64,000 nucleotides of DNA from Eledone cirrhosa (Eukaryota). Shown in pieces: positions 48,501 to 61,800 of the stretch. The stretch is taken from positions 3,596,001 to 3,660,000 of the forward strand of contig OZ024763.1 in the NCBI GenBank assembly GCA_964016885.1. Direction: 5' to 3'. A program made the translations under genes and the position numbers. Each line of letters starts with the position of its first letter. The first letter of the stretch is position 1. The notes under the pieces are model-generated. The model ran no database searches, had not been told where the DNA came from, and saw only the letters and a program-made list of their open reading frames with translations.

Positions 48501-49922
48501 GATGGTTGCAAATAGGTGGCCAAAATGGGGTTCCAGGGATCTGAGTAGCTCCAGATAGAGCTGCTACTTCTCCGAATCGAGAGATCATAGCTCTGATACT
48601 GTGGACATATGATTAGAATGGGGTTCCTCCAAAGGGTCTTTGGAGTAACGTTAGTTGATAGTGCATAGCTCGGAGATCAGAGAGTTGTTCCAGGTAGAGC
48701 TGCTACTTCTCCGAATCGAGAGATCATAGCTCTGATACTGTGGACATATGATTAGAATGGGGTTCCTCCAAAGGGTCTTTGGAGTAACGTTAGTTGATAG
48801 TGCATAGCTCGGAGATCAGAGAGTTGTTCCAGGTAGAGCTGCTACTTCTCCGAATCGAGAGATCATAGCTCTGATACTGTGGACATATGATTAGAATGGG
48901 GTTCCTCCAAAGGGTCTTTGGAGTAACGTTAGTTGATAGTGCATAGCTCGGAGATCAGAGAGTTGTTCCAGGTAGAGCTGCTACTTCTCCGAATCGAGAG
49001 ATCATAGCTCTGATACTGTGGACATATGATTAGAATGGGGTTCCTCCAAAGGGTCTTTGGAGTAACGTTAGTTGATAGTGCATAGCTCGGAGATCAGAGA
49101 GTTGTTCCAGGTAGAGCTGCTACTTCTCCGAATCGAGAGATCATAGCTCTGATACTGTGGACATATGATTAGAATGGGGTTCCTCCAAAGGGTCTTTGGA
49201 GTAACGTTAGTTGATAGTGCATAGCTCGGAGATCAGAGAGTTGTTCCAGGTAGAGCTGCTACTTCTCCGAATCGAGAGATCACAGCTCTGATATGGGCAT
49301 ATGGTTAGAATGTCTCAGGAAAGAATCACTAAAATCTGTACAGGGGGCTAAACCAACCAGCAAGAGATCCATGGGTAGACCCCCAAGCAAGATGGTTGCA
49401 TCACATCCATGAGCTTGGCTGGTCTTGCTTGGAGATCCAGCCAAATCAGTTGGAGAGGGTTGCTTCTTCTGACAGGACCCACTGGAAGGAGTGTTTGAGG
49501 ACTTTGCCTCCCATGACGACCCTTGCGGGAATAAGTGGGCGAAGAAGATATGTTTCCTACATAACATATTTTCCAGTCTGGATTGTAAACGGCTTTTTGT
49601 TTCCTCCCAGAATGAGTCTGGAGAGATTTAACCTGCATCTTGAAAGTCAAAAGACTTAAACTTCTTTTTCTCCTTGCTACCCTCCATAGGTCTGACATCA
49701 CTTGTTAAAGGACTAAAGAATTTGCTAGAGAATATCCCGATCCCTAGTAACAAGAGAGTACAACACTTGAATGCTCTCAAGATGATCTGCTATTTGATGT
49801 GTCAGCTAACTGATAACTTTGAAGGTATAGAAACTGAGATGAACTTACTTCAGGTAGGCGACATATTTTAAATTCTTTTTTTTTTTTTTTGTATTTTTTC
49901 ACACACACGCACATGTACATGT

Positions 49923-49957
<35 letters not shown>

Positions 49958-51575
49958 CATGGTGGCTGCCAACTCGTTTTCGAGTACGGCCACTACTTTA
50001 TATGCATGTAGGAGAACCCCTACCGATGCGCTGAACGAGTGTGACTTTTTAGTCCAGCCAGCGACTTGAAAACTCTGGTACAAACGCTACACTTGTGACA
50101 ATTATTGACACATAGTGCTGGGCCCATGGTACCATGTGACGACAAGTGCAGAGAGATCTCCAGATATAAAGCAATGCCTGTGCCATGAAGCTTTTATAGT
50201 GAGCAAAGGCACTGCACAAAGCCAGTCCCACTCTCTTAACCAAGATGATAGTTACCAAAAAGAAGAACAAGTCAACATCATTGGATACCATCAGGGTTGC
50301 AGGTGTTATATCAGAGTTTTCCTTCTCCTAGAATTCTGCCTTGACAAAGGCTAAGGGGTCATCTCTCCCGGTGATTTTGGATGGCGATTGACTCTTAAGA
50401 GCTCCTTTGCCCTTTGACAGGTCTTGTTTTTAGTCCTGCAGGATGTCCAAAGTCACCCTCCTCACCAAGAAACCTTGGTGGGGTTGCCAGTTTAGTCGCC
50501 AACGACCCGACCATGAGACAGGTTGTACTGGGATACATGTTACCAGTAGCACCAACTGGTGACCTGACATATACATACATACATACATATATACATATAT
50601 ATATATATTTCGTTTCTGAATTTGTTTAGCAAGATTCTTTATCTGAAAACGTGTGTTGAAACCGATATTGTTATACTTTGGGAGGGTCACGTTGCCAATA
50701 AGAAACACATGCACCAGTTGCTTTCACAGATAGATGGAACGGGTGGACCAGAGCCATACGGACCCCCGAAAACCACGATGAACTAAAGAAAATGATTGCA
50801 CATGCGGTGGGGGCCAAGTATAAAATTAACCCTTAAGGAACATATGTTCAAATTTAATGGAAAAACATATGCCCAAGAGGAGGGAGCAGCCATTGGTGTT
50901 AGCATTGCAAGTGACATAGCTAACCTATTCATGGTATGGTGGGATAATAGACTTAAACTTAAAGAACAATTAGAAGACAGCAACCTCTTAACCCTGATAA
51001 TGTACTCCCGCTACGTTGATGATATAAACATCGTAGTAAAAACACCCCCACTAGAGAACAGTCAGGAATTAGAGAAAAACACAATGGAAAGCATCCAGCA
51101 AATAGCTAACTCATACATATATATATATAAAAGTAGAACACTGGAGGGTAATATCTGTAGTAGTAGTAGTAGTAGAGCACTCAATCAATGGGCCGAGTTT
51201 GGTTGGTAGAAGTTCAACAGTCCGGTATGGTGAATTAACTGTTGTGTTACTACTATCTATACTATAAAGCTGACGGCCGTATGTGGGTAACAAACTTTCC
51301 TATGAAAGGCAGAGTAGATACAATAATTAAAAATATTAACTAAAGTGTAAATACATACCTCTATAACTATAGATTCCATACACTGGTGGTTTTTCCCTGT
51401 TTTATTGATAGTGCACTGTATCTCTCTCTAGTGTGTTACCTTTTCAACATATTGAATTTTAAAGAGCTCAGGATTTCTTCTCCTTTGAGCACATTATTGA
51501 CAGGGAATAGCGAGTTATCGTGATATATATCATCATCATCATTTTACGTCCGCTCTTCCCTGCTTGCAAGGGTGG

Positions 51576-51642
<67 letters not shown>

Positions 51643-53604
51643 CACATGAACATGCGCACACACACACACATGAGGGTGCTTCAAAAAGTTTGTGGAAAAA
51701 GAACATAGCTAAACATCACGTGCAGGGATTTTGATCTCAATGCACCTGTACGTTCTCAAACTAATGTCATAACATGTTCTAACATGAACCCTTAAATGCA
51801 TGTTGCAGCGTTGCACCGCCAAGAAATCAACAACCTATAAATGGATGTTGTTTTAGAAGTGGAAGAGATGAAGCTGAAGATGATCCCCAGTTGAACATGT
51901 AAAAAATGCTGCTTTGACATGGTTTAAATCAGGGGTTCTCAACCTGGCCCATGTGGACCACTAGTGGTCCACAGGAAAATTCAGGTGGTCCACAGAAAAT
52001 TTTCAATAGCAAATTATTTTTTGATCCATGCATTTGTCTTAAAGCGCTGTTCTTATTCTTCGCTTAAGTACGACTTCAGCTGTTTATTTGCGTAGATTTT
52101 TAGGCACTGCGACATGATAATAGCATTTTCTAATTCATTGAAAAAAAAACCATCTACTGATGCTTATAAGTAGCAGTTCTATTATAAAAGAGTTAAAAGT
52201 TGAGGTGGTCCACGGGAAAAAATTACTTATTTTGGTGGTCCACAGCGAAAAAAAGGTTGAGAACCCCAGGTTTAAATCACACGACCCTCAGTTTTACACA
52301 GATGGACTTAAAGGCTGGTATTAATGTTTGCAGAAGTATATTGACCTAGATCGAGCATATGTTGAAAAATAAACATCGTATCTTAATCCAATTTTTCCAC
52401 AAACTTTTTGAAGCCCCTTAGTATACATCCCCTCCAAACATATACGTCTCAGTATTATGGTTATTAATTCTTTTTTCTAGTGTCGTAAAAAGAAGTCAAA
52501 GAACACACTGGAGTCAATTGACTGGTGTTTCGAGAAGGCTACCTTCCTGAATGTTCTCTTGGAGTTGGTCAGTTTAGACATCAAGAAGTTGTGGGAACCA
52601 CCGGTTGCTGAAGAAAGCTTCATTGAGTTAGTTTATACAACTATTTCATCTTTACACCTGTCTGTCTCCATTTGTCTGCCTGTCTGTCTGTCTATCAGTC
52701 TGTCCATTTCTCTTTTGTTACTATTAGTAAATTACTACTATCTTTATTGCCAAGGTTAACTTTGCCTTTCATCCTTACGGGGTCGATAAAATAAAGTACC
52801 GGTAATGTACTGGGGTCCATTTAATAGACTTTCCCCATCCCACCAAAATCGTTGGCCTTGTGCCTGAATCAGAAACCATGGGCAGTGAATTGGCAGTATC
52901 AGTAGAGGGTTGGACGCCATGCTTTCTAGCATAGTTACGTCCCTTTATGAACTGAGTTCAAATCCCGTCGAGGTTAACTTTGCCTTTCATCCTTACGGGG
53001 TCGATAAAATAAAGTACCAGTAATGCACTGGGTAATTGCTGGCCTTGTGCCTAAAGTAGAAACAATTATTATAACGGTGGTGGATTGACAGTAATCGGTA
53101 GAGCGTCGGACATCATGATTTGTGGCATAGAGTTTTGGCCCTTCGCGTTTTTAGTTCAAATCTCATCTAGGTCAACTTTGCCTTTCCTTTTTTGGGGGGG
53201 GGGGGGGGTTCGATATAATCGACTTTCCACAGTGACCCCCACTGCCTAAAATAGGGGGAAATATTTGCTGGACCTGTGTCTAAATTAGAAACCTTTATTA
53301 TTACGACCCTGAGTTCAAATCGCATCACAGACTTACAGACAGCCATGGTTCTTATTGTAGTCATCATCATCATCATCATCATTGTTTAACGGCCATCTTC
53401 CACGCTAGCATGGGTTGGACAGGTTTGTAGTTTAGATTATTAAATATATTTTGTTTTCTCTTTTTCAGTTTGATAACTTCGACTTGTTACAACCTTATCC
53501 AGAATCCCAGTATAGCGAAACAGAAAGAGGCCAGAGAGGTTATCAGTAATATACTGGGGGTACTCACAAAATATTCTAACAGAGCATTGAGTATGTCATT
53601 CATG

Positions 53605-53654
<50 letters not shown>

Positions 53655-56600
53655 CCTCTTCACTCGCTCCCTCACTCTCTCTAACTTCACACGATCCTCC
53701 TCTCTCTCTCTCTCATTCTTTGTCATTTTATTATTTATGTGAACAAGATATGGCTGGGCCATGTGTTGAGGAAGGATGAAAGTGACTGGGTGAGAGGTAT
53801 AGAGTCAGTGAAAAGCTTGTACACACACACACACACACACACACAGCAAGCAAAAAAAAAAAAAAAAAAGCAAAACACAAACAAAACAAACAAACAAAAC
53901 CTTATACTACAGTATATATCTAGGGCAGGTAAAAAGCAAAACAAACAAGACAAACAAACAAAACCTTATACTACAGTATATATCTAGGGCAGGTAAAAAG
54001 CAAAGCAAACAAGCAAAACAAACAACAAACAACCTTTCGATTGCAAGCCCAATGCTCTAACCACTAATCCATGCGCCTTCATATATTCACTGTGAAGAAG
54101 GCATATGGTGTAGTTATTGCTATATTATATATATATTCTGTCAATGTCTCTTTCAGGTTACAGTCTACGGATTCTGCAGCTCCTGCAACATCACGAACAC
54201 ACCATTGCACCACTGGTGCAGATTACTGAAAGCATCGTTAATAAATATAATGCAAATAATTTAGTATTTGAGATAATGAGGTTGGTAGTCTAACTTTTGT
54301 TGTTTAATCCTTTCATTACCACATTCCTAATGAAATACACAAATATATATGCATGTAGATATCATCATCATCATCATCACCGTTTTACGTCCGTTCTTCC
54401 ACGCTAGCATGGGTTAGACGGGTTGTCCTGTTGTGTGCAGTGTCTGGTCGGCTGACCATGCCTTGCTCATACAGGAACTGATCTGGCTTGATTTCTACAG
54501 CTGGATGCCCTTCCTAACACCAACCTCATTTACAGTGAGTGCTGGGTGCTTTTTCGTGGCGCCTACACGTCCACTTTACAGTGTGGGCTGGGTGCTTTTT
54601 TGCCGTGGCACCTCCACGACCTCCTTGCGGTGGGGGCATATTGTTTATATGCTTCAGCATGTACCCATGGGAGGTCGGGTACTCTGTATTACTGCGTGAC
54701 GCCAGAAGTCACGGTCGTGTGTCATTGTCTTTGAGAGGTGTAATTGGGTAAGGTCGATACATCAAATGATACATCAAATAAAATCGTAATTGACAATATG
54801 CACAGAAATTGAAGAGAGACTGTTACTCTCTTCTGTAAGTAAAGTAATCCATGATACATTTAAAAATGACGATATTATATATAAACTTCATTACGGTGAA
54901 ATGTAATGATGCAAATATATGGATGTTTATATAAGCGATGTAATAACGAACACTAACCGGAAGTGTTGACATTTGAAAATTTTAAAAGAAGTGAATCTTA
55001 AAATAAACAATCATTATATATAAGAATATTTATGTTTAATCAACAACTACGAAATTTAGTAGATAAATTATGTAATATTCATTCATTATTTATTCATATT
55101 ACGGGGTCGATAAAATAAAGTACCAGTAATGCACTGGGTAATTTGCTGGCCTTGTGCCTAAAGTAGAAACAATTATTTATTCATATGAACCCTTGCCATT
55201 CTGAGTTCAAATCCCGCCGAGGTTGACTTTGCCTTTCATCCTTACGGGGTTGATAAAATAAAGTACCAGTAATACACTGGGTAATTGCTGGCCTTGTGCC
55301 TAAAGTACAAACAATTATTTATTCAAAGTAATCCAACTTATTTTACTAACGGGATAAAAAAAATATATTCGCGACACAGTCCTGCACTCCTCCCTTTATT
55401 ATAGTTATGATTATGTTGGAAGATTTTGATTTAAATAGGAATCCTGTATTTCAATTAATTAATGAAAAATTTGGGGGGATTTACATCCCTAATTGAAACA
55501 AAAGTACCTGCTTCATCCCTAACATTTTCCTAAGTCAAGGAATGCCTCTTTTTTTGCTTCCTGATTGTGTGCACGTATCAATTTATAATGCTCCCAGTTC
55601 ACCCTGTTAAATGGTAGTGCTGGTGCTGTGATAAAAAAACACAGCCCACTCTGTAAAGTGGTAGTGCTGGTCCTTTGATAAAAAAACACAGGATCTTAAA
55701 ACTCGTATAATGTTAAAACTCAGACTGAGTGAAGCCACCTGCTACAAAGTACATACATATATACAAATCTATATTTATTCAGTGAATGTTTTTTCAAGGT
55801 TTAACCCTTTAGCATTTACATTACTCGATATATACTATTATATTTTTATGGTAAACACTTTATCTCACATAATATCGAATCTATGAGATTTTGATATTAT
55901 TTTCTTTGGGAACAATACCTTAACGTTAGTATGAGTGGCCAGTTACAGCTGGTGTGAACAGAAAGAGGTGAGAGAATTCTGGCCGAATATGACCGGTTTA
56001 AATGCTAAAGGTTTCAAATATCTGATTATTTTTCTCTTCCTTATTTAGAGAGCTTGGTCGTCTGGATTCCAAAGACATCAGCAATGATTCCTCTGGTACG
56101 AGATCCTATGCACTATTTTTGGTTGATCTCTCTGCCAAGCTACCTCAGCTGGTCTTGCAGAACATCAGCTTCTTGATGCCCTTTTTGGAAATTGATGTAA
56201 GTTGCCGAATTCTTGCTTTTTCTTCTTTTTAAGTCGATCAACAAGATCCCAGACCTCATTCGTTTAACCCTTTACCATTTACCTTACTCTATATATATAT
56301 TATTGTATTTTCACAGTAAAGGCTTTACCTCACATAATATCTCACATAACATTTACATTACTCTATATATACTATTGTATTTTCACAGTAAAGGCTTTAC
56401 CTCACATAATATCTCACATAACATTTACATTACTCTATATATACTATTGTATTTTCACAGTAAAGGCTTTACCTCACATAACATTTACATTACTCTATAT
56501 ATACTATTGTATTTTCACAGTAAAGGCTTTACCTCACATAATATCTCACATAACATTTACATTACTCTATATATACTATTGTATTTTCACAGTAAAGGCT

Positions 56601-58138
56601 TTACCTCACATAATATCTCACATAACATTTACATTACTCTATATATACTATTGTATTTTCACAGTAAAGGCTTTACCTCACATAATATCTCACATAACAT
56701 TTACATTACTCTATATATACTATTGTATTTTCACAGTAAAGGCTTTACCTCACATAATATCTCACATAACATTTACATTACTCTATATATACTATTGTAT
56801 TTTCACAGTAAAGGCTTTACCTCACATAATATCTCACATAACATTTACATTACTCTATATATACTATTGTATTTTCACAGTAAAGGCTTTACCTCACATA
56901 ATATCTCACATAACATTTACATTACTCTATATATACTATTGTATTTTCACAGTAAAGGCTTTACCTCACATAATATCTCACATAACATTTACATTACTCT
57001 ATATATACTATTGTATTTTCACAGTAAAGGCTTTACCTCACATAATATCTCACATAACATTTACATTACTCTATATATACTATTGTATTTTCACAGTAAA
57101 GGCTTTACCTCACATAATATCTCACATAACATTTACATTACTCTATATATACTATTGTATTTTCACAGTAAAGGCTTTACCTCACATAATATCTCACATA
57201 ACATTTACATTACTCTATATATACTATTTTATTTTCACAGTAAAGGCTTTACCTCACATAATATCTCACATAACATTTACATTACTCTATATATACTATT
57301 GTATTTTCACAGTAAAGGCTTTACCTCACATAATATCTCGCATAACATTTACATTACTCTATATATACTATTGTATTTTCATGGTAAAGGCTTTACCTCA
57401 CATAATATCTAATCTATGAGATTTTGATATATATTTTGAGGAAAATACCTTAACACAAGTATAGCAGCTTGTTATGGCCAGTTTGAACAGAAAGAAGAGA
57501 GAGAATTCTGGCCGGATATGGCTGGTTTAAATGCTAAAGGGTTAACCAGTGGAGGTGAAACTCTTATCAAATCAGACCATGGAAACAATGTTTCTATTGG
57601 TCTTTCCAATTGCTGATACTAACTACTGGTTAGAACTTCTAGCAGATATATATGTGTGTATATATATATATATATATAGATAGATAGATGTATATATAGA
57701 TATATGTGTGTGTGTGTGTATATATAGATATGTGTGTGTGTATATATATATATAGATATATGTGTGTGTGTATATATATAGATATATGTGTGTGTGTATA
57801 TATATAGATATATGTGTGTGTGTGTATATATATAGATATATGTGTGTGTGTATATATATATATAGATATATGTGTGTGTGTATATATATATAGATATATG
57901 TGTGTGTGTATATATATAGATATATGTGTGTATGTATATATATAGATGTGTGTATGTATATATATAGATATGTGTGTGTATATATATATAGATATGTGTG
58001 TGTGTGTGTATATATATAGATATGTGTATCTATCTATATATATATACACATATATATCTATATATATATATATATATACACATCTATCTATATATATATA
58101 TACACACACATATCTATATATATATATACACACACATA

Positions 58139-58200
<62 letters not shown>

Positions 58201-58252
58201 CACACACATATCTATATATATATACACACATCTCTCTATATAAATACACATA

Positions 58253-58295
<43 letters not shown>

Positions 58296-58298
58296 CTC

Positions 58299-58331
<33 letters not shown>

Positions 58332-58382
58332 CTATATATATATACACACATCTCTCTATATAAATACACATATCTATATATC

Positions 58383-58415
<33 letters not shown>

Positions 58416-58774
58416 CTCTATATATATATATACATACACACATATCAATGGCCAGGTTTCGTAGAATCCCAGCGACATCATCAGGTGTATTGCATAAGTT
58501 ATAAAGGAATTATGGTAAACACAAAATGAGAGGGTACAAGGAGAGAAAATAAAGTGTTTGAGTGGAGGTGGTCAATGGGTTAGGGGTTGTCTGCAACTGA
58601 CCACCTCCACCCCCAATTATTTATCAAGTGGGGGTGGAATTCGTCAAATCGGACCAAGGAAACAATATTTCCAATGGTTATTCCATTGCTTTTACTGTTA
58701 CAATCTACTGGTGGCAGAGCTAATCAGAAGATTGTAAAGGGCCATAACTCTATGCTCCCACGGATGTCGTTTGT

Positions 58775-58809
<35 letters not shown>

Positions 58810-61800
58810 ACAGCTCACACCTATGCAAGTTTAGCTGGCCTCCTCCAAGGTATATCTCGTTGGAAGTGTCTTGGGTGATTTAATGATAGGGTAGGGGCCG
58901 CAGTCCCTATCATCTCATTTCTACAGCTGAGTAAACTGGAGCAACATGAAATAAAGTGTCTTGCTCAAGGAAACAACACATCACCCGGTCCGAGAATTGA
59001 ACTCATAACCTTTTGATTGCAAGCCATGCGCCTTCACTCGGTTGATGCTCTCCCGATTTTGCCAATCCACTGCCCTAATAATAATCTATATATTAATACA
59101 CTTGTACCTACGTACCATACATCCGACCGTGTGTGTCACGCTTTCAGTAATATAAATAAAAGTGGAATGACGTCCGTGAGACGTGCTAAAACAATGGAAG
59201 TGGGGGTGGTAAACAATCTACGGCGAAAGAAAATAAGAGTGCTGCAACGTTTGGAAAGGAGAGAGAGAGGGGGTTATAATATAGAGAAAGGGATGGGTTA
59301 TTATATATATATATAGAGAGAGGGGTTATACTATATTTAAAGAGGGGGGGGGGGTTATAATATAGAGAAAGGGACGGGTTATTATATATATATATATATA
59401 GAGAGAGGGGGTTATATATATAGAGAGAGGGGTTATACTATATTTAAAGGGGGGAGGGTTATAATATAGAGAAAGGGACGGGTTATTATATATATATAGA
59501 GAGAGAGGGGGTTATAATATATATAGAGAGAGGGGTTATACTATATTTAAAGAGGGGGGGGTTATAATATAGAGAAAGGGACGGGTTATAATATATAGAG
59601 AAAGAAGGGTTAAAATATAGAGAGGGGTGTTTTAATATATAGAGAGGAGGGTTAAAATATATATAGAGAAAGGGATGGGTTTATATATAGAGAGAGAGGG
59701 GATTATCCGTGGATTTTTTCACAGGTCCGGCTAGTCATCATTATTAGTATTATGCCGAGGTTAACTTTGCCTTTCATCTTTACGGGGTCGATAAAATAAA
59801 GTACCAGTAATGCACTGGGTAATTGCTGGCCTTGTGCCAAAAGTAGAAACAATTATTAGTATTATGGTGGTTCTGTTTTTAATGTTTATTTTCTTGTTAT
59901 TTTCAGTCAAGCTCAATGAGGAACTGTATCCTCTGTGTTATTAAGGAGATCTTAATTAACATATTGAGTCAAGAGAACCTAGATTCTTCTCTGAAGAAAA
60001 CAAAAGAGCAGTTCTTTGCTATTCTTAAGGTAAGTCTTAATAATCTGACACCTCGTTAAGTTGTTAAAATAATCTCTCATCTCCGTGTTGTGTAAGGACA
60101 ACTGTATGACACCTGTATGGGTGAGGTGTGATGCTACATGGTAGTGAAACATGGGCTGTGACTGCAGAGGACCTGTTGACTGGAGAGAACTAAAGGAACC
60201 ATGCTTCGTTGGATGTGTGAGGTGTGATGCTACATGGTGGTAAAACATGGGCTGTGACTGCAGAGGACGTGTTGACTGGAGAGAAATAAAGGAACCATGC
60301 TTCGTTGGATGTGTGAGGTGTGATGCTACATGGTGGTGAAACATGGGCTGTGACTGCAGAGGACGTGTTGACTGGAGAGAAATAAAGGAACCATGCTTCG
60401 TTGGATGTGTGAGGTTTGATGCTACATGGTGGTGAAACATGGGCTGTGACTGCAGAGGACGTGTTGACTGGAGAGAAATAAAGGAACCATGCTTCGTTGG
60501 ATGTGTGAGGTGTGATGCTACATGGTGGTGAAACATGGACTGTGACTGGAGAGAAATGAAGCAGACGTGCTTCATTGGATGTGTGATGCTACATGGTAGT
60601 GAAACATGGGTTGTGACTGCAGAGGACGTGTGTTGATTGGAATGAAATGAAGCAGACATGCTTCATTGGATGTGTGAGGTGTTACGAAGTAGTGAAACGT
60701 GGGCAGAATTTTTTATGATGATAATGAAAACTATAGTGATGGTGGTGGTGGTGTCGACGATGATGGTTTGGGTGATAATGATGATGGAGACAATAATTTT
60801 AGTGGTGCTGCTGATGATGATGATCTTTGTATGATAGAACCAGACAGTTTATTATCAGACAGGTTATTAACAAAAATCCAATATTTCTTTCTTTCTTTCT
60901 AGGACCATCTTCACGATGTTCATGCTTTTGTAAGAAGCAAAGTTTTACAAATTTGGCTCCAGATTGTTCAAGGACGGGTGAGTGACTGTTCTTCTTCAGA
61001 ATTTTAGTAAATCACTCAAAATTCTTCATTAATTAACCCTTGAGCATTGAAACCAGCTGTAACTGGCCACTCATACTGACATTAACTCTTTAGCATTTAC
61101 ATTACTCTATATATACTATTATATTTTCACAGTAAAGACTTTACCGCACATAATATCTTGCATAACATTTACATTACTCTATATATACTATTGTATTTTC
61201 ACAGTAAAGGCTTTACCTCACATAACATTTACATTACTCTATATATACTATTATATTTTCACAGTAAAGGCTTTACCTCATATAATATCTCACATAACAT
61301 TTACATTACTCTATATATACTATTATATTTTCACAGTAAAGGCTTTACCGCACATAATATCTCGCATAACATTTACATTACTCTATATATACTATTGTAT
61401 TTTCACAGTAAAGGCTTTACCTCACATAACATTTACATTACTCTATATATACTATTGTATTTTCACAGTAAAGGCTTTACCTCACATAACATTTACATTA
61501 CTCTATATATACTATTATATTTTCACAGTAAAGGCTTTACCTCATATAATATCTCACATAACATTTACATTACTCTATATATACTATTATATTTTCACAG
61601 TAAAGGCTTTACCGCACATAATATCTCGCATAACATTTACATTACTCTATATATACTATATTTTCACAGTAAAGGCTTTACCTCACATAATATCGAATCT
61701 ATGAGAATTTGATATTATTTATGTTGAGAACAATACCTTAACATTAGTATGAGCAGCCAGTTTCAGCTGGTTTTAACAGAAAGAGGTGAGAGAATTCTGG

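Noticed and set aside
56213-57412. 399-aa and ~300-aa repetitive ORFs (also 31842-32794, 61158-61712, 5406-5885, 37974-38609, 59979-60659)
   Set aside because: Open only because repeat periods (48, 60, 96 bp) are multiples of three; intronic and TE-derived
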